Below, one piece after another: positions 19,980-30,108 of a stretch of 64,000 nucleotides of DNA; positions within the stretch are counted from its first letter, which is position 1, and the number at the start of each line of letters is the position of its first letter. The notes under the pieces were generated by a model. That model was given only the letters and a program-made list of their open reading frames with translations, did no database searches and was not told the origin of the DNA. This stretch comes from Candidatus Eiseniibacteriota bacterium (lineage in GTDB: Bacteria; Eisenbacteria; RBG-16-71-46; JABDJR01), in the NCBI GenBank assembly GCA_963762255.1, contig CAVXKA010000002.1:1024001-1088000 (forward strand), written 5' to 3'. Both the position numbers and the translations under genes were made by a program.

Positions 19980-22900
19980 TTGACCGACAGCAAGCGGCTT
20001 CTGTCCTTTACGCTGCTGGCAGCTTTGTTTGCAGGGTTGATTTGGTCATGGTCCGCCGGCGCGCCTCGGCCGCCGCGTGCCTTCGATCCCCCAGCCGGCA
20101 TCTTGTCCCTGTCTGCCGACGATGCGGGCGACCCCGCGCTCAATCCCGGCCTCAACGACACCTTCTACTTTGGCGGCACCCGGTGGGCACCCGACTCCTC
20201 TCGCTGGGAGGCGATCCCCGACTCCGTGTGGACATTCGAGACAGGCGTGGGATCGCACTACCAGCACCCGCCCGGATCGTGCAAGAACCCGAGCTTTCAT
20301 GAACTGATGGAGGGGTGGGCGGGCGCAGACCCCGGTTCCGAGACCACCGCCAGATTCCGCAGGCTGGGTACCAGCGCCTTCTCGGGCACGCCCTGTGTCG
20401 GCGCGGCGGGAGGCCTCGCCGGGAGCTACTCGTTCTGGGCGGGGCTCTTGGAAGCCGAAGCCGACTCGCTTTGCTGGGCCAGCGGTCAGGGATACGGAGA
20501 GAACTGGAGCATCTGCATCGTCAAGGAGATCGCCTACGATGGCGCAGGGTGTCTGCGATCTCGAGTACCGATATCAAGTGGACGTCGAACCCGGCTGGGA
20601 CTACGTCTACGTCGTCGTCGACACGACCGGGACCCTTCCCACCACCGAGGGCGTCGATGTCGCTTCGTACACCGGCCCGGCCAGCGGCACGGGAAGTCTG
20701 ACCCTCACGGCGGGGACCAGTCTTCCCAGCCAGGCAGGTCCCATTGCCGTCAAGTTCTGCGTCATCTCCGACGGTGCGTACTCCGACGAGGACGGAGACT
20801 ACGCGACCTCGTGCGGCGCATTCGGTGTGGACGACATCCACGTCTGGAACACGGACTGCGGCGGCGCGATCGACGGCCTCTCGACTTTCGAGACCGGGAA
20901 CGACGGATGGGTCACTGAGACACTGTGTCCCGGGACCGATGACCTCTCCCGCCTCGCGCCCGTGAGCGCCCTTCCCTGGCCCCCCGGCTACACAGGTGGA
21001 TGTGATCTCGGAGACTCGGTGCTCGCGTTCTACGACCCCGCGACCGGCGGGCATCCGCTCTATCAAGACAGCTACGCCGTGTCCCCCTGGATCGACCTCA
21101 GAGCGGCCGGAAAGACGGGCCTTCCGGGACGGTTCATTGAGCTTGGGGGGTACTACGACCTCCCACTATTGAACTACATCTTCGTACAGGCGCTGGCTCA
21201 GTGGTACCCGGATACTTGCTCCGTGACGGGTGCCACGCGAGTAAGCCCCCTCACGCTGACTCCAAACGTGTACTACTTCGCCGGAGTCCCCACGTGCGCG
21301 AGCGTCGCTCCGCGTCGGATCGACCTCAGGGATGTCCTACCTTCGACAGCGGAGCAAGTCCGAATAGCGGTGGGTGTCATCAACTACTGCCGCTACTACA
21401 GCAACTGCACGCAAGTCACCAACTCGACCCCCTGGTTCGACGACATCCGATTCGGGGTGACTACCACCAACAGAATCCAAACCCTGGTGGACGCGGCGGC
21501 GCCGGGAGATACCGTCCTCATCGGCGCCGGCACCTACTGGGGACCCGGCAATCGGGACATCACGTTTCGCGGGAAGGAGATCGTCCTCCTCGCCCCGGCG
21601 GGGCCAGAGAGCACGGTCATCGACTGCCAGGGCGCGGCGCGGGGGTTCATCATCGACAGCGGCGAGGACTCGACGCTGGTGATAGACGGGTTCACGGTGC
21701 GCAACGGCAAGGCGCCGGTGATAACCGAGCGCCCCTACATGGAGAACGGCGGCGCAGTCCTCGTCTCGGGCCTGGCTCATCCGACCCTCAAGAACTGTCG
21801 GCTGGAGTCCTCGCTGGCCGCTGTAGGAGGTGGGGCCTATGTAGGATCTCATTGCGGCATTCGGATGGAGGGCTGCACCGTCAGAGCCGACAGCGTCACT
21901 TCTTACGGCTATTACGACTCTTACGGCACGGGCGCCGGGGTACACGGGGCTGACCCGTCGACCGTCGCGATCCTCAATAGCATCATCCAAGACAACCGCA
22001 GGGGATTCGGGGTCCGAGGTGACGGGACGACTCAGGTGGACTCCTGTTTGATCGAAAGCAACCACGGAGCCGGAATTTACATCGGAGAAGATGGGTGGGT
22101 GCGCGATTGCACGGTCGGGGGTAATTCTGGGGCTGGCCTCCAGCTACAGTGCGTGGGCCAATGGAACAACGGGAGCTCTGCGGTCGTTCAACGCTGCGTG
22201 ATCAGCGGGAACCAGGGCTACGGGATTGTGGGGTGCGGGGCGGGTGCGATAGAGGATTGCACGGTCAACGGGAACGGGGCGGGAGGTATCAGTGTCTTCG
22301 ACACCACAATCCGCCGCTGCCTGGTCAGGGACAACAACGGCACCGGGGTATATCTGGGGGGAGGCCTACTGGAGGCTTGCGAGGTGACCGGGAACATCGG
22401 CATCGATGCGGGGGGGGTCTTCGCGAGCAACAGTTGGTGGCAGTCCTCGACGATCCGGGATTGCGTCATCACGGGGAACAGAGCCCCTCGAGGCGGCGGG
22501 GTCGCCTTCTCCTGGGACAGTATTGTGCCCAACTCTGGACAGATGATCGGATGCACAGTGAGCGGCAACCGCGCCGAGTTCGGCGGTGGCGTCTCCGTCA
22601 CGTACCAATACTTGCTCGACATTCGCCAATCGATCATCACGGGCAACTGCGCCGACAGCCTCGGAGCAGACGTCTACACTCGGGGCGATTCCACCACCGT
22701 GACGTTCCACTGCTGCGCATTCGACTCCTCCGGCATCGGCGGTCCCGGGCACTTCGTCTACGACGGCCCCCAGGTCTTCACCGACCCGCTCTTCTGCTCC
22801 CCCGCTTCCTGTTTCGCCACCCCGACGACTGCGGGCGACTACCACCTGACCACCGGCTCCCCATGCTTGCCGGAGTCCAGCCCCTGCGATTCTCTGATCG

Positions 22901-23226
22901 GGGCGCTGGGGTTGGGTTGCAGCACGACCGGCGTGCCCGATGACAAGCCGCCCCTGCCGACTACCGCGATGCTACGCGCCTACCCCAACCCGTTCAGGGC
23001 GGATGTCACCCTGCTCGTCGCGGTCCCGGCCGGAACGACCGGCGCCATCGAGATCTTCGACGTGCGCGGCCGGCGCGTTCGCGCGTTCGAGGCTCGCACC
23101 GGAGAGACCGCCCTGCGTTGGGACGGACGCTCGGAACAAGGTGTCTCGCTACCTCAAGGCCTCTACTTCGTTCACTTGCGCGCGGGCGCGGAGTTCAGGA
23201 CGCAGCGGGTGATCCTGCTACATTGA
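19980..23226 (+). CDS. Tandem paralog of 16467-19823, with a +1 frameshift at ~20556
   Basis: TTG start after GAGG; ORFs 19896-20918 and 20395-23226 join. Copy 1 reads TGCATCTC where this copy reads TGCGATCTC (one extra base). Confidence 0.85.
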
Positions 23227-23323
23227 TCACCCGGGTGAGCATCCCGTTTACCCGGGGAGAATGGTGCGTGTTAACCGCGCCGGCGGCGTGGCGACACGGT
23301 GATCACCCGGGTGATCATCACGC
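23224..23323. repeat. 100-bp palindrome-rich element, copy 2
   Basis: See copy 1; palindrome TGATCACCCGGGTGATCA at 23300-23317; an extra GTGCGTGTTAAC at 23339-23350. Confidence 0.85.
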
Positions 23324-23433
23324 GTCCGGATGGGCGGCGTGCGTGTTAACACTTGCCGCTCGGAGCCCCGCAGATCTTCGGACAGTCCTCGCATCCCGAC
23401 TTCAGCCTCGTCTCCCTGTGGTACGATCACGCC

Positions 23434-23658
23434 ATGAAACGGGATCCTTCAGAGCTGCTGAGAGAGGCCTTGGAGCTACCTCCGGAAGTACGCGCCGCCC
23501 TCGCCGGGTCGCTGCTAGAAAGCCTGGATGACACGCTAGACCCCGATGTTGAGGCCGCGTGGGAACAAGAAATCACCCGCCGGATTCAGGATCTGAATGG
23601 CATCAAGATGAAGCCCATACCCTGGTCTGAAGCCCGCCGTCTAATCGTCGGGGGGTAA
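23434..23658 (+). CDS. Addiction module antitoxin (TIGR02574-like)
   Basis: ALELPPEVRAALAGSLLESLD...AWEQEITRR...IPWSE pattern; TAATG overlap with the toxin. Confidence 0.85.
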   Translation: MKRDPSELLREALELPPEVRAALAGSLLESLDDTLDPDVEAAWEQEITRRIQDLNGIKMKPIPWSEARRLIVGG

Positions 23659-23966
23659 TGGCGCGGTTCTCAGTCGAATTCCATCCCGAGGCGGTAACTG
23701 AGGCTAGGGTCGCTGTCGAGTGGTATCGGGACCGAAGTGCGGCTGCAGCGAGTGCGTTGATCCACGAACTGGACGAGGCGGTCGCTGCAATCAAAGACGC
23801 GCCCCTCCGTTGGTCAGCGCACGTGTCGGGAACGCGACGATTCCTCCTTCATCGATTTCCTTACTCTCTTGTCTACCGAGTCATGGGCAACACGGTGCAG
23901 GTGATTGCGTTCGCCCACGCACGGCGACGCCCCCGCTACTGGGATGACCGGGGACAGTCGAACTAG
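23658..23966 (+). CDS. RelE/ParE-family toxin
   Basis: FHPEA...WY...RRFLLHRFPYSLVY...AFAHARRRPRYW. Confidence 0.9.
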   Translation: MARFSVEFHPEAVTEARVAVEWYRDRSAAAASALIHELDEAVAAIKDAPLRWSAHVSGTRRFLLHRFPYSLVYRVMGNTVQVIAFAHARRRPRYWDDRGQSN

Positions 23967-24043
23967 CAGGAGCAACCCAGTGCCTTGCGAATCTGCGCCA
24001 GGGAACGTTGCGCTCCAGACGATCCCACGACTTCCTCGCCCCA

Positions 24044-24883
24044 TCACTCCCCCGCCCAGGGATCTTCGTTCATCGCCACCGCCGCCGGCGCGGCGCCAAC
24101 GACTGAGGCCAGCACTCGGTGGATCGCCTGCACTCCCGCCGACAACGCCGCCGGCCCCGGCTGGAGGATGATCGACGAGTCGATCTCGAACGCGCGCCCC
24201 TCGCGCACGAACGGCGCTTGCGGCCATCCCGCGCGCTTCTCCAGATAGTCCGGACGGAACTTCGCGCCGCACCAGGAAGCGAACATCACGTCCGGCGCAC
24301 GCTCCAGCACCACCTCGGGCCTAGCCAGGATGCGGTCCTTGGCCAGCGCCGCCCCGCGCAGCTCGGGGAACACATCGATGCCCCCTGCGATCTCGATCAG
24401 CTCCATCACCCAGCGGCTCCCCGCGATCAGCGGGTCGTGCCACTCCTCGAAGTAGACGCGCGGCCGCCGGGGAAACTTCCGCCCCGCCACCTCGATCTCG
24501 GCGAGACCCTCCTCCAGCTCGCGCGCCAGCGCCTCGCTCTTCTCATGCACACCCACCAACGCCCCCAGTCGGCGGATCATGCCGAGAATCTCCGCCACCG
24601 ACCGCTGGTTGAAACAGTGCACCTCGATTCCCCGCCGAATCAACTCCGCGCAGATGTCGGCCTGCAAGTCGGAGAACCCGAGCACGAAGTCCGCGCGCAG
24701 TTCCACGATCTTCTCGATGTCGGCCTTGATGAACTGCGAGACAACCGGCTTGGTCTTCTTCGCCTCGGGCGGGCGCACCGTGAACGCGGAGATCCCCACG
24801 ATGCGATCCTCCTCGCCAAGGCGATAGAGGACCTCGGTGGTGTCCTCGGTCAGGCAGACGATTCGGCGCGGCTCCATGGCCAT
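24044..24883 (-). CDS. BtuF-like periplasmic-binding-fold protein (cobalamin/iron), no clear signal peptide
   Basis: PRRIVCLTEDTTEVLY, YFEEWHDPLI and IILQPGP motifs. Confidence 0.8.
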   Translation of the reverse strand: MAMEPRRIVCLTEDTTEVLYRLGEEDRIVGISAFTVRPPEAKKTKPVVSQFIKADIEKIVELRADFVLGFSDLQADICAELIRRGIEVHCFNQRSVAEILGMIRRLGALVGVHEKSEALARELEEGLAEIEVAGRKFPRRPRVYFEEWHDPLIAGSRWVMELIEIAGGIDVFPELRGAALAKDRILARPEVVLERAPDVMFASWCGAKFRPDYLEKRAGWPQAPFVREGRAFEIDSSIILQPGPAALSAGVQAIHRVLASVVGAAPAAVAMNEDPWAGE

Positions 24884-25062
24884 GGCACGGTCCTGCTTCC
24901 TGGCTGCGAACGGTGGCGGGCGACCCCGGACCCCATCAGACAGCAGTAACATACTATACATCAACGTGTTACAGCAATCGCCGTCGGCGGCTTGCGCCCG
25001 CGCGAGCGATCGTCTATACAATGCACGGCTGCAATTTCGCCCCGGATTGCCCTGGAGAGCCT

Positions 25063-27792
25063 ATGCCGAAGCGACTGGTCATCGTCGAGTCCCCCGCCAA
25101 GGCGCGCACGATCTCGCGCTTTCTGGGGAAGGATTACGTGGTCGACTCGAGCATCGGGCACATCCGCGATCTCCCCAGCAGCGCGGCCCAGATACCGGCG
25201 GCGGTCAAGAAAGAGAAGTGGGCGCGCCTCGGCGTGAACGTCGACAAGGACTTCGAACCACTCTACGTGGTCCCCGCCGAGAAGAAGAAGAAGGTTGCGG
25301 AGCTCAAAGAGCAATTGAAGGGCGCGGACGAACTCCTGCTCGCCACCGACGAAGACCGCGAGGGCGAGGCGATTTCCTGGCACCTGCTGGAGCTCCTCAA
25401 GCCCAAGGTCCCCTACTCCCGCCTCGTCTTCCACGAGATCACCCGCGAAGCGATCCACGAGGCCCTCAACAACACGCGCCCCCTCGACGAACGACTGGTC
25501 TCCGCGCAGGAGACGCGCCGCATCCTCGACCGGCTCTATGGGTACGAGGTATCGCCGCTCCTCTGGAAGAAGATCGCGCCAAAGCTTTCCGCCGGCCGCG
25601 TGCAGAGCGTGGCGATCCGCTTGGTCGTGGAGCGCGAGCGCGCGCGGATCCGCTTCCGGGAAGCCGCGTACTGGGACGTCGAAGGGCTCTTCGCCACGGC
25701 GAAGCACGAAGAGTTCCCCGCCACGCTCATTACTCTGGGCGGCAAGCGCGTGGCCCTGGGCAAGGACTTCGACCCCGAGACGGGCACGCTCACGAACAAG
25801 GACGTCGTGCTGGTGGACGGCGCGCGCGCGCAGTCGCTCGCCAAAGACCTCTGCCGGCAACCGTGGAAGGTTCTCGAGACGGAGACGAAGCCGTTCGTGC
25901 AGAACCCGCCGGCACCGTTCACCACAAGTACATTGCAGCAGGAAGGGGCGCGCAAGCTTCACTTCACTGCGCGGCGCACCATGCAGGTCGCGCAGCGGCT
26001 CTACGAGAACGGCTTTATCACCTACATGCGGACCGACTCCACGACGCTGTCGGACCAGGCGTTGGCCGCCGCGCGTCAGGCGGTCCTCTCTCTCTACGGA
26101 GACCGGTTCCTCTCCGATCAGCCGCGCCAGTTCAAAACCAAGGTACGCAACGCGCAGGAAGCCCATGAGGCCATCCGCCCCGCCGGCGATCACTTCCGCA
26201 CTCCGGCGGACCTCAAGCACGAGCTGCACGGCGAGGATTTCAAGCTCTACGAACTGATCTGGATGCGCACGATGGCAAGCCAGATGGCGGAGGCGCGCGG
26301 TCGTCGCATGACCGTGCGTCTCGGCGCCGCGGACGCGGTGTTCCAGGCCTCGGGCAAGGTCATCGACTTCCCCGGTTTCCTGCGCGTCTACGTCGAAGGC
26401 TCGGACGATCCCGAGGCGGATCTCGCCGAGCAAGAGACGCTTCTCCCGGCCATGGAGAAGGGCGATCCGTTGACCTGCCGCAACCTGGAGGCGAAGGAAC
26501 ATCGCACCCAGCCTCCGGCGCGCTTCACCGAAGCCTCGCTGGTGAAGGAGTTGGAGGCCAACGGCATCGGCCGCCCCTCCACCTACGCAAGCATCATCGA
26601 CACGATCGAGCGGCGCGAGTACACGTTCAAGCGCGGCACCGCATTGGTGCCGACGTACCTGGCGTTCGCGGTCGTGAACCTGATGGAGAAGCATTTCACC
26701 GACCTCGTGGATCCGGGTTTCACCGCCCGCATGGAAGACGACCTGGACGCGATCTCGCGCGGCGAGGCGGAAGCGCTCCCCTACCTGAAGTCCTTCTACT
26801 TCGGGAACGGACACAAGGGACTGCGCGCGCAGTTGGACGAGAAGGCGGAGCACATCGATCCCCGCGAGGTGTGCACGCTGCCTTTGGGCAAGACCCCCGA
26901 GGGCGCCGACGTCGCGGTGCGGGTGGGACGCTACGGCCCCTACCTTCAGAGCGGCGACTCGACCGCGCCTATCCCCGACGGCACCGCTCCGGATGAGATC
27001 ACGCTCGCGCGCGCGATCGAGATCCTCTCCACCGCGCAGCAGGGCCCGCGCGTGCTGGGGCAGGATGCCGAGACCGGTTCAGCGGTAACCGTGCGCGACG
27101 GTCGCTTCGGGCCCTACGTACAGCTCGGCGAGGCGGAGGGAAAGAAGAAGCCGAAGACGGCGTCGCTCCTGCGCGGCATGACCCCGGACACGGTGGACCT
27201 GCCGGCGGCGCTCAAGCTCCTGAGTCTCCCCAGAACGGTGGGGCAAGACGAGCACGGCGTGGACATCATGGTTGCGAACGGCCGCTTCGGTCCGTTCCTC
27301 AAGCGCGGCACCGACACGCGAAGCCTGGCCGGCGAAGAGCAGATCTTCACACTCACGCGCGAGGAAGCGCTGGCGTTACTGGCTCAGCCCAAGCAGGGGC
27401 GGCGCGGCGACGCGCCGCAGGCGCTCCGTTCGCTGGGCCCCGCCGAGGCGCTCGACGGCGCCGAGGTGAAGCTCATGGACGGGCGCTACGGCCCGTATGT
27501 GACCGACGGCACTCACAACGCCTCGCTTCCAAGAGGGGCGGATCCCGCCACGGTGACCATCGAGACCGCGATCGAGCTGATTGAAGCGCGCAAGGCTCGC
27601 GGGCCGGTGGAGCGGCGGGGGGGGCGAAGGACAACGAAGCGGGCCGCCGCGAAGCCCACGCGCGCGGCCGAGAAGTCGCCCGGGGAGGCTCGGGCTAAGA
27701 AGGTCGCCAAGAAGAAGACCGTCGCGAAATCCTCGAAGAAGACCGCCAAGAAGAAGTCGACGAAGAGGGCTGCCGGCCCCGCGTCGACTTGA
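25063..27792 (+). CDS. topA: DNA topoisomerase I with Toprim_C repeats and a Lys-rich tail
   Basis: LVIVESPAKA, ATDEDREGE, SAGRVQS and ITYMRTDS; repeated GR(Y/F)GP(Y/F). Confidence 0.97.
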   Translation: MPKRLVIVESPAKARTISRFLGKDYVVDSSIGHIRDLPSSAAQIPAAVKKEKWARLGVNVDKDFEPLYVVPAEKKKKVAELKEQLKGADELLLATDEDREGEAISWHLLELLKPKVPYSRLVFHEITREAIHEALNNTRPLDERLVSAQETRRILDRLYGYEVSPLLWKKIAPKLSAGRVQSVAIRLVVERERARIRFREAAYWDVEGLFATAKHEEFPATLITLGGKRVALGKDFDPETGTLTNKDVVLVDGARAQSLAKDLCRQPWKVLETETKPFVQNPPAPFTTSTLQQEGARKLHFTARRTMQVAQRLYENGFITYMRTDSTTLSDQALAAARQAVLSLYGDRFLSDQPRQFKTKVRNAQEAHEAIRPAGDHFRTPADLKHELHGEDFKLYELIWMRTMASQMAEARGRRMTVRLGAADAVFQASGKVIDFPGFLRVYVEGSDDPEADLAEQETLLPAMEKGDPLTCRNLEAKEHRTQPPARFTEASLVKELEANGIGRPSTYASIIDTIERREYTFKRGTALVPTYLAFAVVNLMEKHFTDLVDPGFTARMEDDLDAISRGEAEALPYLKSFYFGNGHKGLRAQLDEKAEHIDPREVCTLPLGKTPEGADVAVRVGRYGPYLQSGDSTAPIPDGTAPDEITLARAIEILSTAQQGPRVLGQDAETGSAVTVRDGRFGPYVQLGEAEGKKKPKTASLLRGMTPDTVDLPAALKLLSLPRTVGQDEHGVDIMVANGRFGPFLKRGTDTRSLAGEEQIFTLTREEALALLAQPKQGRRGDAPQALRSLGPAEALDGAEVKLMDGRYGPYVTDGTHNASLPRGADPATVTIETAIELIEARKARGPVERRGGRRTTKRAAAKPTRAAEKSPGEARAKKVAKKKTVAKSSKKTAKKKSTKRAAGPAST

Positions 27793-27805
27793 TCCGACGG
27801 ACGGG

Positions 27806-28579
27806 ATGACAAACCTCACGATCCCCCGATCCTGGATCGCCCTCATCTTGCTGATGGCGTCGACCGGCAGCCTCGTCGGATGCGGAGCAAAGAGCGCGAT
27901 CACCGTCTTTACTGCGGACGAACTCGTGGCGGCGGTGACCGAGGCCGCTGCCGAGTTTCGAGAGCAGGGCGCCCCCCGCGTGACCATCCGTGCCGGAGCG
28001 ACCGCCGACCTCGCCCGCGCGATCGATCGGGGAGAGGCAGCCGATCTGTGGCTATCCGCGGACCCGGCATGGACCGACTCCCTTCAGGCCGGGCACCGCC
28101 TCACATCCGACGGCGCACGCCTCCTCGCGTGGGACAGCCTCGTCGCGGTGGTGCCCGCCGGGCAGGGCCCCGCGCCAATTAACCAATACCTTCTTCCCGA
28201 TTACCGCCGTATCGCGACCGCGGACACGACGACCAGCTTGGTTGGCCGTTGCGCGAAGCAGGGACTTTCCACCATGGGGGTCTGGGGCGCGATCCGCGAC
28301 CGCGTCGTCACCGCCGCCGACGCGCGCGCGGCTCTGGCCATGGTCGAACGCGGCGAGGCCGACGCGGGGATCGTGCCGGCCACGTTGGCCAAGAGCTCTT
28401 CAGGCGTTGAGGTCGGCTTCACGCTCTCCGAAGGCACCCACGACGTGTTGGCCTACACCGGTGCGGTCGTGCAGGGCGCATCGCGCGCCGAGGCCGCGCG
28501 TCGATTTCTCGACTTCCTCTCCGGACCGCGCGGACGCGAAATCCTGCGCCGGCACGGTTTCCTGGGAGTCGGAGAGTGA
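27806..28579 (+). CDS. modA: Molybdate-binding periplasmic lipoprotein (divergent ModA)
   Basis: Lipobox LVGC; GATADLARAIDRGEAADLWLSA, VERGEADAGIV and ILRRHGF motifs. Confidence 0.75.
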   Translation: MTNLTIPRSWIALILLMASTGSLVGCGAKSAITVFTADELVAAVTEAAAEFREQGAPRVTIRAGATADLARAIDRGEAADLWLSADPAWTDSLQAGHRLTSDGARLLAWDSLVAVVPAGQGPAPINQYLLPDYRRIATADTTTSLVGRCAKQGLSTMGVWGAIRDRVVTAADARAALAMVERGEADAGIVPATLAKSSSGVEVGFTLSEGTHDVLAYTGAVVQGASRAEAARRFLDFLSGPRGREILRRHGFLGVGE

Positions 28580-29778
28580 CGAAGCCGCCTGCCGCCGCCT
28601 CCACCGCGACGAACCTCCCCAGACCGCGCCGCCTCCGCTTCGACCGCCACGAATGGGCCGGGAGCTTCGGCGACATCGGCACCGACCTACCCCTCATCGT
28701 CGGCATGATCCTCGCCGTGGGACTCGATAGCGCGAGCGTGTTCATCGTCTTCGGCGCGCTGCAGATTCTGACCGGGCTCGTCTACGGCCTGCCGATGCCG
28801 ATGCAGCCCCTGAAGGCGATGGCGGTGCTGGTCATCACCCAGAAGATTGCGGGACCGGTGCTCTTTGGTGCGGGGCTCTCGATCGGCATCGTCATGCTGG
28901 TGTTGAGCCTCACCGGTGCGCTGAGCTGGCTCGCCCGCGTGATCCCGCTGTGTGCCGTGCGCGGCGTGCAGTTCGGACTGGGCCTCTCGCTCGCCTCGCT
29001 CGCGTTGAAGACGTACATTCCTTCGGCCGGCATACCCGGGTACGCGTTGGCGGCGGTTGGGTTCGCGATCTTGATCGCGCTGTGGGGAAGTCACCGCTAT
29101 CCGGCCGGGCTCTTCGTGATCGCGATAGGCATCGTTTACGCTGTCGCGTTCAAGCTCGACTGGGGGACGATTGGGGCAGGGATCGGGTTCACGCTGCCGC
29201 AGGTGCATCAGCCCACTGTGCGCGACATGGCCACCGGGTTCGTAGTGCTGGCGTTGCCGCAGATTCCCCTCTCGCTCTCGAACTCGATCATCGCCACCAA
29301 ACAGACGATCCATGATCTCTTCCCGGCGCGAGAGACCTCAGTGCGTCGAATCGGCCTCACGTACTCCGTGGCCAACCTGATCGCCCCGTTCCTGAGCGGC
29401 ATCCCGGTCTGCCACGGCTGCGGAGGACTCGCCGGACACTATGCGCTGGGCGCGCGCACCGGCGGCTCCGTGGTTATCTACGGCTCGATGTACTTGGTGA
29501 TCGGGCTCTTCCTGAGTGGAGCCTTCGCCGAAGTGGTCAAGGTCTTCCCGCAGCCCATTCTCGGGGTGGTGCTCCTGTTCGAGGCACTCACATTGCTTCT
29601 CTTCATCCGCGATCAGGCGGCGAGCCGGCGCCACCTGTTCATCGCGCTCCTGGTCGGACTTCTGGCCTTCGCCGTCCCCCAGGGGTACGTGGTGGGCCTC
29701 CTGGTCGGCGTCGCCCTGTACTACCTCTCGAACCGCTTCCCGCTGCTGGACGGTGCGGACCGCTCCCGCATGCGGTAG
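28576..29778 (+). CDS. MOT1-family molybdate/sulfate transporter
   Basis: EWAGSFGDIGTDLP, PMPMQPLKAM and PVCHGCGGLAGHY...GARTG MOT1 signatures. Confidence 0.88.
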   Translation: MTKPPAAASTATNLPRPRRLRFDRHEWAGSFGDIGTDLPLIVGMILAVGLDSASVFIVFGALQILTGLVYGLPMPMQPLKAMAVLVITQKIAGPVLFGAGLSIGIVMLVLSLTGALSWLARVIPLCAVRGVQFGLGLSLASLALKTYIPSAGIPGYALAAVGFAILIALWGSHRYPAGLFVIAIGIVYAVAFKLDWGTIGAGIGFTLPQVHQPTVRDMATGFVVLALPQIPLSLSNSIIATKQTIHDLFPARETSVRRIGLTYSVANLIAPFLSGIPVCHGCGGLAGHYALGARTGGSVVIYGSMYLVIGLFLSGAFAEVVKVFPQPILGVVLLFEALTLLLFIRDQAASRRHLFIALLVGLLAFAVPQGYVVGLLVGVALYYLSNRFPLLDGADRSRMR

Positions 29779-29835
29779 ACTCTCCCCCGTTCAGTTTCCG
29801 GGCCTCCCCTGCGGAAAACGATGGAAGGAACGCCG

Positions 29836-30048
29836 ATGCCGATCAGCAAGGAACTTCTCGACATCCTCGTCTGCCCCCTCTCGCACGCGACGCTCGTGCT
29901 GGACGGCGAGACGCTGGTCTCCACCGACAAGGCGACCCGCCGCCGCTACAAGATCGAGGACGGCATCCCCAACATGCTGATCGAAGAAGCGGAAGAGCTG
30001 GACGAGACCGCATGGGCCGAGATCATGAAGCGACACGGGAAGGGCTGA
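29836..30048 (+). CDS. Trm112-family protein
   Basis: LLDILVCP...YKIEDGIPNMLIEEA. Confidence 0.9.
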   Translation: MPISKELLDILVCPLSHATLVLDGETLVSTDKATRRRYKIEDGIPNMLIEEAEELDETAWAEIMKRHGKG

Positions 30049-30108
30049 GCACGCAGTTGTTCCGGTGATGCAACGTGGTAGACTCCGATCGGGCTGACCG
30101 GAGGCCGC

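Noticed and set aside
16467-23226. Diversity-generating retroelement (template/variable repeats)
   Set aside because: No reverse transcriptase; both repeats are full genes and the differences are not adenine-specific.
23268-23352. Integron attC site (AAC...GTT-bounded hairpin before a TA pair)
   Set aside because: The right end GTTAACA does not fit GTTRRRY, the L boxes pair poorly, and no integrase is in the window. Kept only as a generic palindromic element.
24884-25062. Cobalamin riboswitch upstream of the BtuF-like gene
   Set aside because: No B12-box or conserved core seen; the region is short and shared with the topA promoter.
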